A DNA stretch of 64,000 nt from Schizochytrium sp. TIO01 (Eukaryota; Protista; Bigyra: Labyrinthulomycetes): the NCBI GenBank assembly GCA_004764695.1, contig SMSO01000031.1:4006436-4070435 (forward strand), written 5' to 3'. Positions 51,256-61,219 of the stretch are shown here, piece by piece. The translations under genes and the position numbers were made by a program. The notes under the pieces are model-generated. The model searched no databases and was not told the DNA's origin. It saw nothing but the letters and a program-made list of their open reading frames with translations. Position 1 is the stretch's first letter. Each line of letters begins with the position of its first letter.

Positions 51256-53076
51256 ATGGACACTTTCCCGCCCGCCGCGCAGGCCGACCTGACGGAAGCG
51301 CGGCTGGGTTCACGACGAGAAAGTGATCAGAACGACGAAAGCAGAGGTAGTAGTGGTAACAGAAACAGTCAATCGAATGCGAATAATCAAGTTTCCGCCG
51401 TTTGCAGAACACTAGATTGTGAGAACTTTTGTCTCCCCGGTTATGATAGATGCCGCATTCACAAAGGCCGGAGGCGCTGCGAGGTAGCAGACTGCGGCAA
51501 GTTCGCACAAGCGCCCTCCAAGTATTGCAAGTCGCACGGCGGCGGGTACCGATGCAACTTTACCAACTGCACAAAGTCCGCCGCCGGAAGCGTGTATAGA
51601 TGTCTCGTTCATACAAGCGACATCGTCATGTTTCATCCTCAACAATCCACGAAAACACGATGTTGCCAAATACCAGGATGCAATATGCGAGCAGCCGTCT
51701 TTATTTACTTGTGCAAAGCGCATGGCGGGGGGCGCCGCTGCTCTTTTCCTAACTGCTCCAAGTCGGCCTGCGCGCGCTCCAAGTTCTGCGTCTCGCACGG
51801 TGGAGGCCGTCGCTGCAGTCATCCTGGCTGCACAAAGTCCGCTGTCGGCGCGACTGAGGCATGTGTGCAGCACGGTGGAGGCCGCCGTTGCGCTGTGGAA
51901 GACTGTGAGAAATCTGCGCGCAGCGGTTCGTCATACTGCCAGGCACACCGCAGCAAAATCGAAAAAGGGCGATCCCCCCCTCTTTCTATCCAGAGCTCAC
52001 CATTCGACCCTCCCGATCATGCAACTAGCACCAGAAACAAAGCTAGCCCGAACGCAAACGATGCGTCCCATGCTAACAACGATAGAAATAAGTTTGCTAC
52101 CTCAGCTTCTTCGGACGGCGGCCAACACAATCATCACTCCTCGGAAAGCGGCGACAGTGACATGGGTTCAAAGAGGAAATATAGTGATCTAGTTAATGAC
52201 TCCAAAACGCAGTACCAAGACTCCGGTCGATCGCGATCAAAGCGAGGGATTCGTAAACGGCAACAAGAAGCCGAAAGTCGACTCTTACGTGATATGCTGT
52301 CCGCGCAAATGTCCTATAGTAATCCCGTGGCGCAAACCGCAATGCCCGTGCAAATGCAAACTATGTCATCGCATATGATCGCGCCCATGCAGCGTGCTAT
52401 CCAGCAATATTTCGTCCCGGTGCATCATCCTGCGGCATATCATGTATACCCGCCCCCTTACTTTGCCGTGTACCCGCCTCCAATGGGAATGTACTATCCA
52501 CAGCAGATGGTACCTGCTTTCTTCCCACAAACACAACAGCAGCCACAACAGCAGCAACAAGGCACTGCAGATTCGGATGCTACTGAAAACATGAAGAGTG
52601 CTAACCAAGATGGAACAGCGGACACCTTGAAAGATCGAGATAATGTTCCAAACCAGTCGTCAGGTTCTTCCCAATTCGTCGATCCTCAGCAACAACCGGT
52701 TAATAACTCGGGAAACCCCCAATTTATGCAACAGCAGCAGCAGCAGCAACAACAACAACAACAAGGAGCAACGCCTTCCCAGATTCAAGAAGCACAACCG
52801 ATGCAGCCTTTTGCTCAACAGTATCCTCAATCTTATGTGCTTTATCATGATGGTAACTCATCTGGGCACCCTGTCGGAATGGGCTTTCCGATGGTCCCTT
52901 ATCAAAGTTTTGCTCCGTTCAACTCCAGCAGAAGCAACACTATGAACACCGGTAATAATAACACAGACATGGGAGGAAACAATAACGGTAGCGGTAGCTA
53001 CCAAAACAACAATAATAACAATAACAACAGCAGCAGCAGTAGCAGCAGCAGCAGCTTTAGTCCCAATCCCAATTAG
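51256..53076 (+). CDS. WRKY19-type C-x4-C-x10-C-x2-H(GGG) zinc-finger repeat protein with Q/P/N-rich C-terminus; probable transcriptional regulator
   Basis: 606-aa ORF with seven CCCH units (e.g. CSFPNCSKSACARSKFCVSHGGGRRC), an NLS-like basic patch (SKRK, RSKRGIRKR) and poly-Q/N/S tracts. No WRKYGQK motif. Confidence 0.85.
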   Translation: MDTFPPAAQADLTEARLGSRRESDQNDESRGSSGNRNSQSNANNQVSAVCRTLDCENFCLPGYDRCRIHKGRRRCEVADCGKFAQAPSKYCKSHGGGYRCNFTNCTKSAAGSVYRCLVHTSDIVMFHPQQSTKTRCCQIPGCNMRAAVFIYLCKAHGGGRRCSFPNCSKSACARSKFCVSHGGGRRCSHPGCTKSAVGATEACVQHGGGRRCAVEDCEKSARSGSSYCQAHRSKIEKGRSPPLSIQSSPFDPPDHATSTRNKASPNANDASHANNDRNKFATSASSDGGQHNHHSSESGDSDMGSKRKYSDLVNDSKTQYQDSGRSRSKRGIRKRQQEAESRLLRDMLSAQMSYSNPVAQTAMPVQMQTMSSHMIAPMQRAIQQYFVPVHHPAAYHVYPPPYFAVYPPPMGMYYPQQMVPAFFPQTQQQPQQQQQGTADSDATENMKSANQDGTADTLKDRDNVPNQSSGSSQFVDPQQQPVNNSGNPQFMQQQQQQQQQQQQGATPSQIQEAQPMQPFAQQYPQSYVLYHDGNSSGHPVGMGFPMVPYQSFAPFNSSRSNTMNTGNNNTDMGGNNNGSGSYQNNNNNNNNSSSSSSSSSFSPNPN

Positions 53077-53169
53077 GATCAATTCTTGATCCAGTCTGCT
53101 CAACAATGATAGCTTCTGATGTGTCTTTTAAAATTCTCTCCATGGAACTGCTATTTTCTGATTTATTCA

Positions 53170-54295
53170 TTCCTATCAAACTTTTGCCTTCTTCCATAAC
53201 CTTCCTCAGTTCCTTTCTGAGCTGTTAGCTTCGTATCCATCTTTCTTTAAAATAAGGTGTAGATTGACACAATATGATTATCTTCTCCTAAAATCCATTC
53301 AGACAAAACCTAGGCTCTGCAGCCTATCAGATGTCTGAATATTATGTTCAACTGACAAGAGTAGACTTATGTATCGTGCAATCTTCATGGAAGTTCGGTA
53401 TCAATAAAATAATAACACATACGGACTTGGTATCCTTCATCTTGCAGTATTTTATCTGTTGAAACTAATTTTTAAAGACTGAGGTAACAGGTTTGTAGGT
53501 TTCAGACTGCCATGAGAGCACTCGGGGCATGGAGGTTCTTTCTCGAAGGGTTCATATCGAGGCACTTGCGTTATAATACTTAATTTAATAACCCATTTAT
53601 TGAATTGTACCAGCTCATCTCGATCTTTTACAAACAAACCAAGAAATTGATTCAACAGCTTTGAGATAAAATGTTATGAATGAATACCTATTTGGAGAAT
53701 TGGCTACTGACCCATGCGCAGAATGACATCAACTTATTGTGCGCCTAGCGTTACTCTTCTGTAGTACTTGAATTAAATATACTCCACTGATGTACTAGGT
53801 TTTGCCTCATCTGTGAGGAAACCCCTTTTCCCGTAAGCAAGTTGATCTTGCCAAAACTGCCCGCATTAACGGACCTCTTCTGTCAAGTTCAACCTGTTGG
53901 GTATTTGGTTTACAATCACATGTGAGAAGTTAAAGAAACGGTATTTTCTGTCCCCAGCGTAGAAATGCATGCTGTTCTCATGCTTCACGAAAGACCTACC
54001 AATACGTAAAAGCGTTACCCAACAGTGTTCTTGTGACATTCAAAATTCAAGACAAAGTCAATAATTGCTCTGTAATTCTCAGCTGCTCCTTCAATTTTCT
54101 TTCGTTTCGCCGTTTCTGTGCTTCTGTGTCTTCTCAGACTTTCTACGTTAAGGACTCCAAGGCCCCATCTTTCGCAGCTATCTCTACGTTTTTTCGTTGC
54201 TGGAGAAGGCTCACTGATTGTACATCCGCTTGTCCTTCATACAAAATACTGGGGTTAGAAGGCCTTGTCCTATCCTCTTGGATTGAACCTTGGAT
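53170..54295 (-). pseudogene. Decayed coding relic between the zinc-finger gene and MON1
   Basis: Long protein-like frames with scattered stops: ...LLQQRKNVEIAAKDGALESLT*KV*EDTEAQKRRNERKLKEQLRITEQLL; MHFYAGDRKYRFFNFSHVIVNQ...KLLNQFLGLFVKDRDELVQFNKW...CPECSHG. Confidence 0.4.
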
Positions 54296-55390
54296 TTAAA
54301 GCATTAGGAAATCTGGTCTTTATTTATCACGCAGGTCTCGCGAGACGGCTATCAGAAAAACCGGCTAATGATTGTACAAAAGCAAAAATAAATCGAAGGT
54401 TGCTCAAGTGAGTGAGGCTCTGAACATCTGGACAATCAGACTCTTTCATTTGAACCTTATAAGTTCTGCTCAAAATTTGTACTACTTATCTTCTTTTGAT
54501 ACGATAAGCTTCTTGATCAGATGACTATTCTTGTTACGTCCTTTTTTTGTTTTGAGCAAATGAAAAACGACGATAACATCTTAGCTTGCCAAATCTTATC
54601 ATTGTGAGCGACAGTTGCAAAAATTTTATTTCCAAAAGTGTCCTTTTTTAAACCGAAACACAGATATATATCCAGGAACAGAAATACACGACACCAAACT
54701 AGCATTTATAGAAGTAGCAGGCAAGATAGAAAATAAAGCCACTGAAAACATTTTAAAGACCAAAGATGGACCGGAATCTGCTATCCGAGAACCATACAGT
54801 TTACTAAAACAGAAAAATGAGAGCTCGAAGCTTGCTTGGCGAGTATAAGAGAGTACAGTATTTAGATTGGCGCAATATTTGAAGTGAAAAGACACGCGTT
54901 ACGTCGTAAAGAATGAGAACATACTTTAGTTTATAAATAACTCAGTTTCATGTATCTCTTGGGGTGTCTAGACTCTTAACATGAGCACTTAAACTCGGTA
55001 CATTGTTTCGTCTGGCATTGCGAATTCTTTGATCTTCACGAAGTCGACATTATCAAAATATTCTGTACGGAAGGTTAGTAATTGTCAAACTCTGCATGTA
55101 ATTTAAAGAGCTACAGCAGTAGCTTACCTGTTTTTTAGTGCTCATGACGAATTCTCACACATCCCAAGTATACGAGAAGCGAATCAGCTTTGACATGGTC
55201 CTCAAACCGCTCGCTTCTCCTTTTGACCAATTACTTTTCCCTGTTATTATAATTATAATGATGATTACGATTTTTTAATTTATCTTTTTTGTCCTCTAGC
55301 TAGAGAGTTATATGAATGATATACACCAAAAAGGCTCCTTTCACCAAACACCGTTTGCAGTATCTATTCTGTTACGAGTGACAAATCATC

Positions 55391-57385
55391 ATGAGTGACG
55401 ACGCCAGGGCCCAGGCCCGTGATCCTCATCTCGAGGCATCAGGGACAAGCAATGCCTCTACGCATTCAGATGACCAACTGACGCAAGGACGAGCCGAAAC
55501 AAGAGTTGATGATAACCAGGTGGACTTGATTGTCCAACTTAACAACAGCAACCATACCCCCTCCGCTTCTACAGCTGTATCAACAGCTGACGACAATATG
55601 GCTACAGCAAATCTTAGCACACACGGGCTAGCAAACGACGAGATATCGAAACCGGAGAACTCACTCGAAACAATAGTAGATTCCTCGAATATAGTTACTG
55701 TCTCCCCTGAGACTTCTAGTTTAAGCCTTGAAAATGAAATTCCAAGTGGCGAAAACGATGCGAACAGTACGCTTCGCCAACAGAGCTCAGGGTCACACAA
55801 ACTTGGTAAAAGTTTTCGTAGAGAGCAACTCCAAGTTGAGACCAGGACAAGACAAAACGTTCAAAAAGAACAAGACACAACCTCTCCTACTCCTACTCCT
55901 ACTCCTACTCCTCCTCCTTCTAATTCTGCTTCAGCAGATCAAAGTGCAGATACAGAGAACTCTTTAACATCGCAAGACCACATGAAAGACCATATGGCAG
56001 ACGGGACAAGTGTCGAACAAGAGGAATACGACGAGCACGGATGGTTAAGTAGACCCAAAAATGTCATTGTATTTAGCCGCGCCGGAAAACCGATTTACGC
56101 AAGCGGGGGGGATGAGTTTCGATTGTCCTCCATCTTTGGACTTCTCCAAGCAATGCTGGCCAAGACTGACAACCGCTTGAAAGTTATTCGTGCAGGGCCA
56201 AACTTTGTTATTGTTTTTGCTGCGAGGGGGCCTCTCCTTTTGGCCATCGCCTCAAGAGGAAGCGATCCTGTCGGATATCTTCAAGTGCAATTGGAATACA
56301 TTTATGCTCAGATACTAGTGCATTTTACGCTCACTTCTCTTCTTGACACATTTCGGCGGAAACCTGGCTATGATCTTCGGAGCATGTTAGGAGGAGCTCG
56401 CACTGAACTTCAGGGTATTTGCGATCTTGCGGAAACCACGCCTTCGCTGATGCTTTCAGCAATTCCTATGTTGGCTATTCCTGCAGAAGTAAGAGCTTCG
56501 GCTGTTCACATTCTTTCATCAGCACGCCAGTCAAGCCTTCTCTATGCTATCCTTTTTGCAGGGGATAAAGTAGTAGCATTCATCTCTCCTCGCAAACATC
56601 CCCTGCATGCTTCGGACATCCTCCTTCTCATGAACTTTGTGCATAACGCAAAGCAGCTGCGATCGCAGGAGACATGGACTCCTCTCTGCCTTCCGGCCTT
56701 TAATGCAACAGGATTTCTACACGCCTACGCTGCATACCTCTCCGAACACCTTTGTCTCTTGCTTCTCTCTGCTGGCGAATCGTTAGACCAGTTCCACTTC
56801 TGCTCCGAGAGCAAGGCTAGTATTGCCAATCAGCTCAAGAACTCTGGACTGGGATCGCGTCTCGAAGCTGCTCTTCAACGAGGTGACATTGCTCCTGAAG
56901 CTTGTGAGGCAGCTGCCTCAGTGCATCTTATTTATCGATCTCTAAAATGCGATCAGTATTTCGAGACAAAGATAGCCAATCATGCACCTCTCCACGCTGC
57001 CCCGGCTGCTCGAGCGCGTCTTCTGAAGCGCTACGTAAACTTGAGTGAGAGATTGCATGCGCATACTCGGCGACTTGAAATAGTTTCTCCTATCCCTGGG
57101 CAGACAAATCATGACCGTCAGTCTGGCCAGGGCACGCAAGATCAGCAGCAACAACAACAGTCAGATGTATCTGACTATTCCGCAGGGTGTGAGCAGGGCC
57201 ACCTTTGGGATGTTCGAGAAACCGAGGCGATTTTAGCTATTGTCAGCCCTGCCCAGTACGAGATCTACGCTAGTTTTCACATTTTTACTAGCGCGACACA
57301 GGCTATGACATGCGTTGCGCGCTTTGCAGGGTACGTCCGTGCTGTCCGGGGCGAGCATTTCATGATCAAACCGGCTGTATGGTAA
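55391..57385 (+). CDS. MON1: Vacuolar fusion protein Mon1/SAND (Rab7 GEF subunit)
   Basis: KNVIVFSRAGKPIYASGGDE, GYDLRSMLGG, LHASDILLLMNFV and ETWTPLCLPAFNATGFLHAY are characteristic Mon1 longin-domain motifs; disordered ~210-aa N-terminus. Confidence 0.93.
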   Translation: MSDDARAQARDPHLEASGTSNASTHSDDQLTQGRAETRVDDNQVDLIVQLNNSNHTPSASTAVSTADDNMATANLSTHGLANDEISKPENSLETIVDSSNIVTVSPETSSLSLENEIPSGENDANSTLRQQSSGSHKLGKSFRREQLQVETRTRQNVQKEQDTTSPTPTPTPTPPPSNSASADQSADTENSLTSQDHMKDHMADGTSVEQEEYDEHGWLSRPKNVIVFSRAGKPIYASGGDEFRLSSIFGLLQAMLAKTDNRLKVIRAGPNFVIVFAARGPLLLAIASRGSDPVGYLQVQLEYIYAQILVHFTLTSLLDTFRRKPGYDLRSMLGGARTELQGICDLAETTPSLMLSAIPMLAIPAEVRASAVHILSSARQSSLLYAILFAGDKVVAFISPRKHPLHASDILLLMNFVHNAKQLRSQETWTPLCLPAFNATGFLHAYAAYLSEHLCLLLLSAGESLDQFHFCSESKASIANQLKNSGLGSRLEAALQRGDIAPEACEAAASVHLIYRSLKCDQYFETKIANHAPLHAAPAARARLLKRYVNLSERLHAHTRRLEIVSPIPGQTNHDRQSGQGTQDQQQQQQSDVSDYSAGCEQGHLWDVRETEAILAIVSPAQYEIYASFHIFTSATQAMTCVARFAGYVRAVRGEHFMIKPAVW

Positions 57386-57960
57386 TCTATCTGTTTGATT
57401 ACGCATCCCTTTACGCGCCTACGTTGGTCTTAAAGTAGTCCAAACCATCATGTTTATAATAAAGGAGACCCTCCGTTCCGTGTTTTGTTTATAGTATCTG
57501 CCACAAGCCTTTGTTAAGCCGCTTTTTTATTTCCCTGCTTTCTTTATTCACGAGACAGGACTCTGCATTTCCAAAAAAGAAATTGGTATCGCGATGTACC
57601 AATCTTCATGTCTCAATCTGGGCATGCATGTTTTGCATTTTTTTAATCTCAGAAGGAAAAAAACAGCCCATAAGGAAGTACGCCAGACATGTTCATGTAG
57701 ATTTGTTTATGATATATGTTATAAGCTAGTAGTATGATTGATGGAAGTGGTGATATCAGGTGTTTGAGCGAGCATATAATTACGCGATTCCGATGCGTAT
57801 TCTTTATGAGATCGAGCTGCCTTTGAAATCTTGAATGATTATTGCCTAGAAAGTCTCATTTCCTGTCCTCCTGCAAATGTGGATTGTTTATTTTATACAC
57901 TATCAATGTTGTACCTTCTTCATGCTTGTTCCAAGTTTTTCTTTCATCATTCCCATACGC

Positions 57961-58476
57961 TTAGCCATGTTTGAATGTCATGACAAAAATCTGCCCGATG
58001 CTAATATAAACCAAACATTTATCTTCATGTGTAACAAAACTGCCAAAACTTTTGCCAACCATTGTATGCCAAGCCCCTCCTCGAGTTTCGACAAGGTTCT
58101 CCGTGATCAACTGAGCCATTTCATAGTGTCTTGAAATTTCACCTTTTTGCAAATCGAATAGTGCCTGTCGCATGCGTATCAACACAATTTTTATGCAATT
58201 AAATGTACGCAAAAGAACCGAATTCACCTGGGTGTTAGATTCTATTTTAAAATTTTAGACCAAGGTCCACAAATGACTTTTCCAACCTACCTTTGTAGTT
58301 GCTTCGATAACAGCGGTCACAAGCTCTGGGTCAGAGTTTGGATAATGGTTTTTGATGTGCCCGAAGGTTGTATGGGATTCTCGCTTTCCGCCCACACTTG
58401 CACCTGCACCTTGAACTTTGCGTCCTTTGTCTCCTGGCACAATTCCAGCCTGCTCTGCCTTTGCTGTTGCCACCAT
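57961..58476 (-). CDS. Dynein light chain, LC8/DLC type-1 family, divergent; two exons (58476-58291, 58164-57961), 129 aa
   Basis: Removing the phase-0 GT..AG intron 58290-58165 gives ...VIEATTK|ALFDLQ...MAQLITENL...GGAWHTMVGKSFGSFVTHE...YISIGQIFVMTFKHG*, which matches the LC8 pattern WHCIVGRNFGSYVTHE...LFKSG*. Confidence 0.88.
58165..58290 (-). other. Spliceosomal intron (126 nt) of the dynein light chain gene
   Basis: Donor AAG|GTAGGT, acceptor GCGACAG|GCA; removal restores collinearity with LC8 helix 1 (ATQAM vs TTKAL). Confidence 0.8.
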
Positions 58477-59317
58477 TTTTGTTGGCTAGGTATCTGTAGT
58501 TCGAGAAGCAGCTGTCAGCAGTCTTATCGCACGGCTATTCCCTCGGTTTCAATAAGTATCAGGGTAATGCTCTTTTCAACTCAGCTGGCGAGCTGATCTT
58601 GCTTCCTACCCACCAATTCCGAATAAACCAGCCTTGCAACCAAGCCTCCTCAGGTTTCTTATGCTTTTGCTCTCCTCATTTTGCAAGCCCTTGCTTGCAT
58701 GCTCAACGGCCTTGTAGTATTATTCTCCCGATCTATGGGGCCTTTTTAAACGTTTGGGACACTTTATTCCTCCTCTTCTGGTAAATTTGTTATTTATCTC
58801 CACTCAAATGCAGTGAAACATTCCACTATACCCCTCTATTTTATGCCGCTGAGGCAGGATAAAACTTATTCTATTTTACAAGCACATAAATATTGAAGAT
58901 GTTATAATGCATTTTGTGGGATTTAGGTTTTCTGTTGTAAAGTACCCCCTTCGGAGAAATAAAATACACCACCTGAAGATTGAGCACTTTTTTATGTTGA
59001 TTTGGCCTTCTTCTTGATTATAAATATGGTGATTAAAAAAAAAGAAAAAAAAAAGAGAGTAATATCATTTAGTAGACTTCGCAACTCAGGTAACCAAGAT
59101 ATAGAACCAATTCCTCAGGGATCGGTTTGCGGGCGAAGCTTCTTGCTGCTGGCAGGGCTCGATTGAGTCGGCAGCCATCATACCTTACTACTCACCTACT
59201 TCTCTGCAGGCGCTCGCTGAGTAGCAGCTTCTGAGGGTGATTGCTGTATCAAATCAGGCGAAGGGATCGATCGAGCTTGATCGACTAATCTTTAGCTGCA
59301 GCACGACCACAAAGATT
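58477..59317. promoter_or_regulatory. Probable bidirectional promoter region (dynein light chain / CSN1)
   Basis: Head-to-head starts ~840 bp apart with an AT-rich core and poly(A) tracts at ~59035-59055. Inferred from gene geometry only. Confidence 0.5.
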
Positions 59318-60841
59318 ATGCAAGCGAGTGCTCCTACGGAGGAAGCACGGGTCCAGCAGGGTGGACCTGCACAGGGTTCACTTTCATCGATCCCAACAAC
59401 TTCAACAGCGATTGAGGAGCTCAAGGAGTATGTCGCCGGGATTCGCAACAAGTACACAGGATATACCAAGATCAAGAGATTCCAGGCGGTTATAAAGGAG
59501 GCGCAGAAACTAAAGCTTCAAGATCTTGAACGTCTTGCTGTGGAAACCGGACTTCGATGTGCTTATGAAGATGATATTCCTGGTGCGTATGATCTGTTTT
59601 CGGGGATAAATCAAACTCAGCAACTTGGGATCAAGGTGGAGAATCTTTCCTGGAGTGAGCAACGCAAGCGGGAGCTTGATCAAGAGATCAGCAAGCTAGA
59701 TACGGAAAAGGAAGCAGCAAAAGTAAAACTGGTCAAAGAAAAAACCAGAATGTGCCATATCGCGGTTGGTGACCTATACTATCGTTTAGGATCCTTCAAC
59801 GAGGCTCTCAAATGTTACTCGCGCACCCGAGACTATTGCTCAGATGCAAGTCATAATCTTGACACTTGCGTCCGTGTTATTCGCTCAAGCATTGGCGCTG
59901 ACATGTATGACACAGTACAAACGTGGATCAACCGAGGTTTTCAAGACAACAAGAATGGTGATGCAGTAGCATTGTCACAGCTCCATGCCGCGTCCGCATT
60001 GACAAGCATGCACGAACGGAAATATGAATCTGCTGCCGATAGCTTTCTCTCAGTCGGAGTCGCGTTTGGCGACTCTTTCAATGATGTAATCACCTGCGAA
60101 GAAGTAGCCCTATATGGTGGCCTCTGTGCATTGGCTAGCTTTGATAGAAATCACCTCCGGAGCAAGGTGCTTTCGAATGTGAACTTTCGTTCGATGCTAG
60201 AATCTGCACCTTCAGTGCGAGATATGCTCAACGAGTTTGTAAACTCGCAATATTCGGAATTATCCCAAAGGCTGACAAACATGCGCTTACGAGCTAACGC
60301 GGACCTTTATTTGGGGCCATGCTTTGAAGAACTTGTTATGCGAATTCATCGTCGTTGCCTCAAGCAGTATATTCTGCCTTTCTCGTCGGCATCCCTTGAC
60401 TTGATGGCAAATGTATTTAACGCGCCACGGGATGAAATTGAGCGTAGTGTATCTCAACTCATTGTTGACAAGGAGATCGAGGCAACGATCGACCGAGAGG
60501 CTGGCTTTCTTGATATTGAACGTCAAGACGCACGCCAACAAGCGTTTCGTGATACTCTTGCTATCGGTAAGACCTTTGCGCTAAATCTTCAAGCTTCAAT
60601 TCTTCGCAGCAATCTTCAACAAAATGGACTGGTGTACACTGTTGAATCTCCATCTGCTCCTACGCGGATGCCTTTGCATCCTCATCAAAATATGCGCGAC
60701 GATGATGATTTTCCACCTGAAGAAGATGTTGGAGCAGGTGCCACAGGAAAGAGTACTGGAACTGCAAATGATTCAGACAAGGAGTCAGATGTAGAAATGG
60801 ATGATGTAGGCGACCGTTCAGCGATTGCGACTCCGACCTAG
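59318..60841 (+). CDS. CSN1: COP9 signalosome subunit 1 (RPN7 N-domain + PCI)
   Basis: KEKTRMCHIAVGDLYYRLGSFNEALKCYSRTRDYC, EVALYGGLCALASFDR, FRSMLESAPSVRD and PCI-like YILPFSSASLDLMANVF...IEATID. The track ORF starts at GTG 59237; the first ATG is 59318. Confidence 0.93.
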   Translation: MQASAPTEEARVQQGGPAQGSLSSIPTTSTAIEELKEYVAGIRNKYTGYTKIKRFQAVIKEAQKLKLQDLERLAVETGLRCAYEDDIPGAYDLFSGINQTQQLGIKVENLSWSEQRKRELDQEISKLDTEKEAAKVKLVKEKTRMCHIAVGDLYYRLGSFNEALKCYSRTRDYCSDASHNLDTCVRVIRSSIGADMYDTVQTWINRGFQDNKNGDAVALSQLHAASALTSMHERKYESAADSFLSVGVAFGDSFNDVITCEEVALYGGLCALASFDRNHLRSKVLSNVNFRSMLESAPSVRDMLNEFVNSQYSELSQRLTNMRLRANADLYLGPCFEELVMRIHRRCLKQYILPFSSASLDLMANVFNAPRDEIERSVSQLIVDKEIEATIDREAGFLDIERQDARQQAFRDTLAIGKTFALNLQASILRSNLQQNGLVYTVESPSAPTRMPLHPHQNMRDDDDFPPEEDVGAGATGKSTGTANDSDKESDVEMDDVGDRSAIATPT

Positions 60842-61219
60842 TATCTCACTCAATCTATGTTCCACCTAGCTTCTCTCCATCATGCAAATTGGTGATGATG
60901 ATAGTAATGATGGCTTCCATAGTAGGCGACTAAAATGAGTATTTCAGAACGGCAATGATTCCCTATTGCATTTTCTACTCATGTACGTACCTACATAAAC
61001 AAGAATCTCAATGGAGGGTCTTGTCATACTGCCAGAATTTGATTAACATAGGGCGAAGCACAACATGCTCCACGCGTCATTTTAAAACAAACAATATCAA
61101 AAATAGAATCTTAACACATCCATGAAATATCCTGTCATATTTTGGAGAAGCGAATCTTCTCTCATCTTTTATAGAAACAAGCTGTCTTGATTATTCTTAC
61201 ATTTAAAAATATGACCTTA

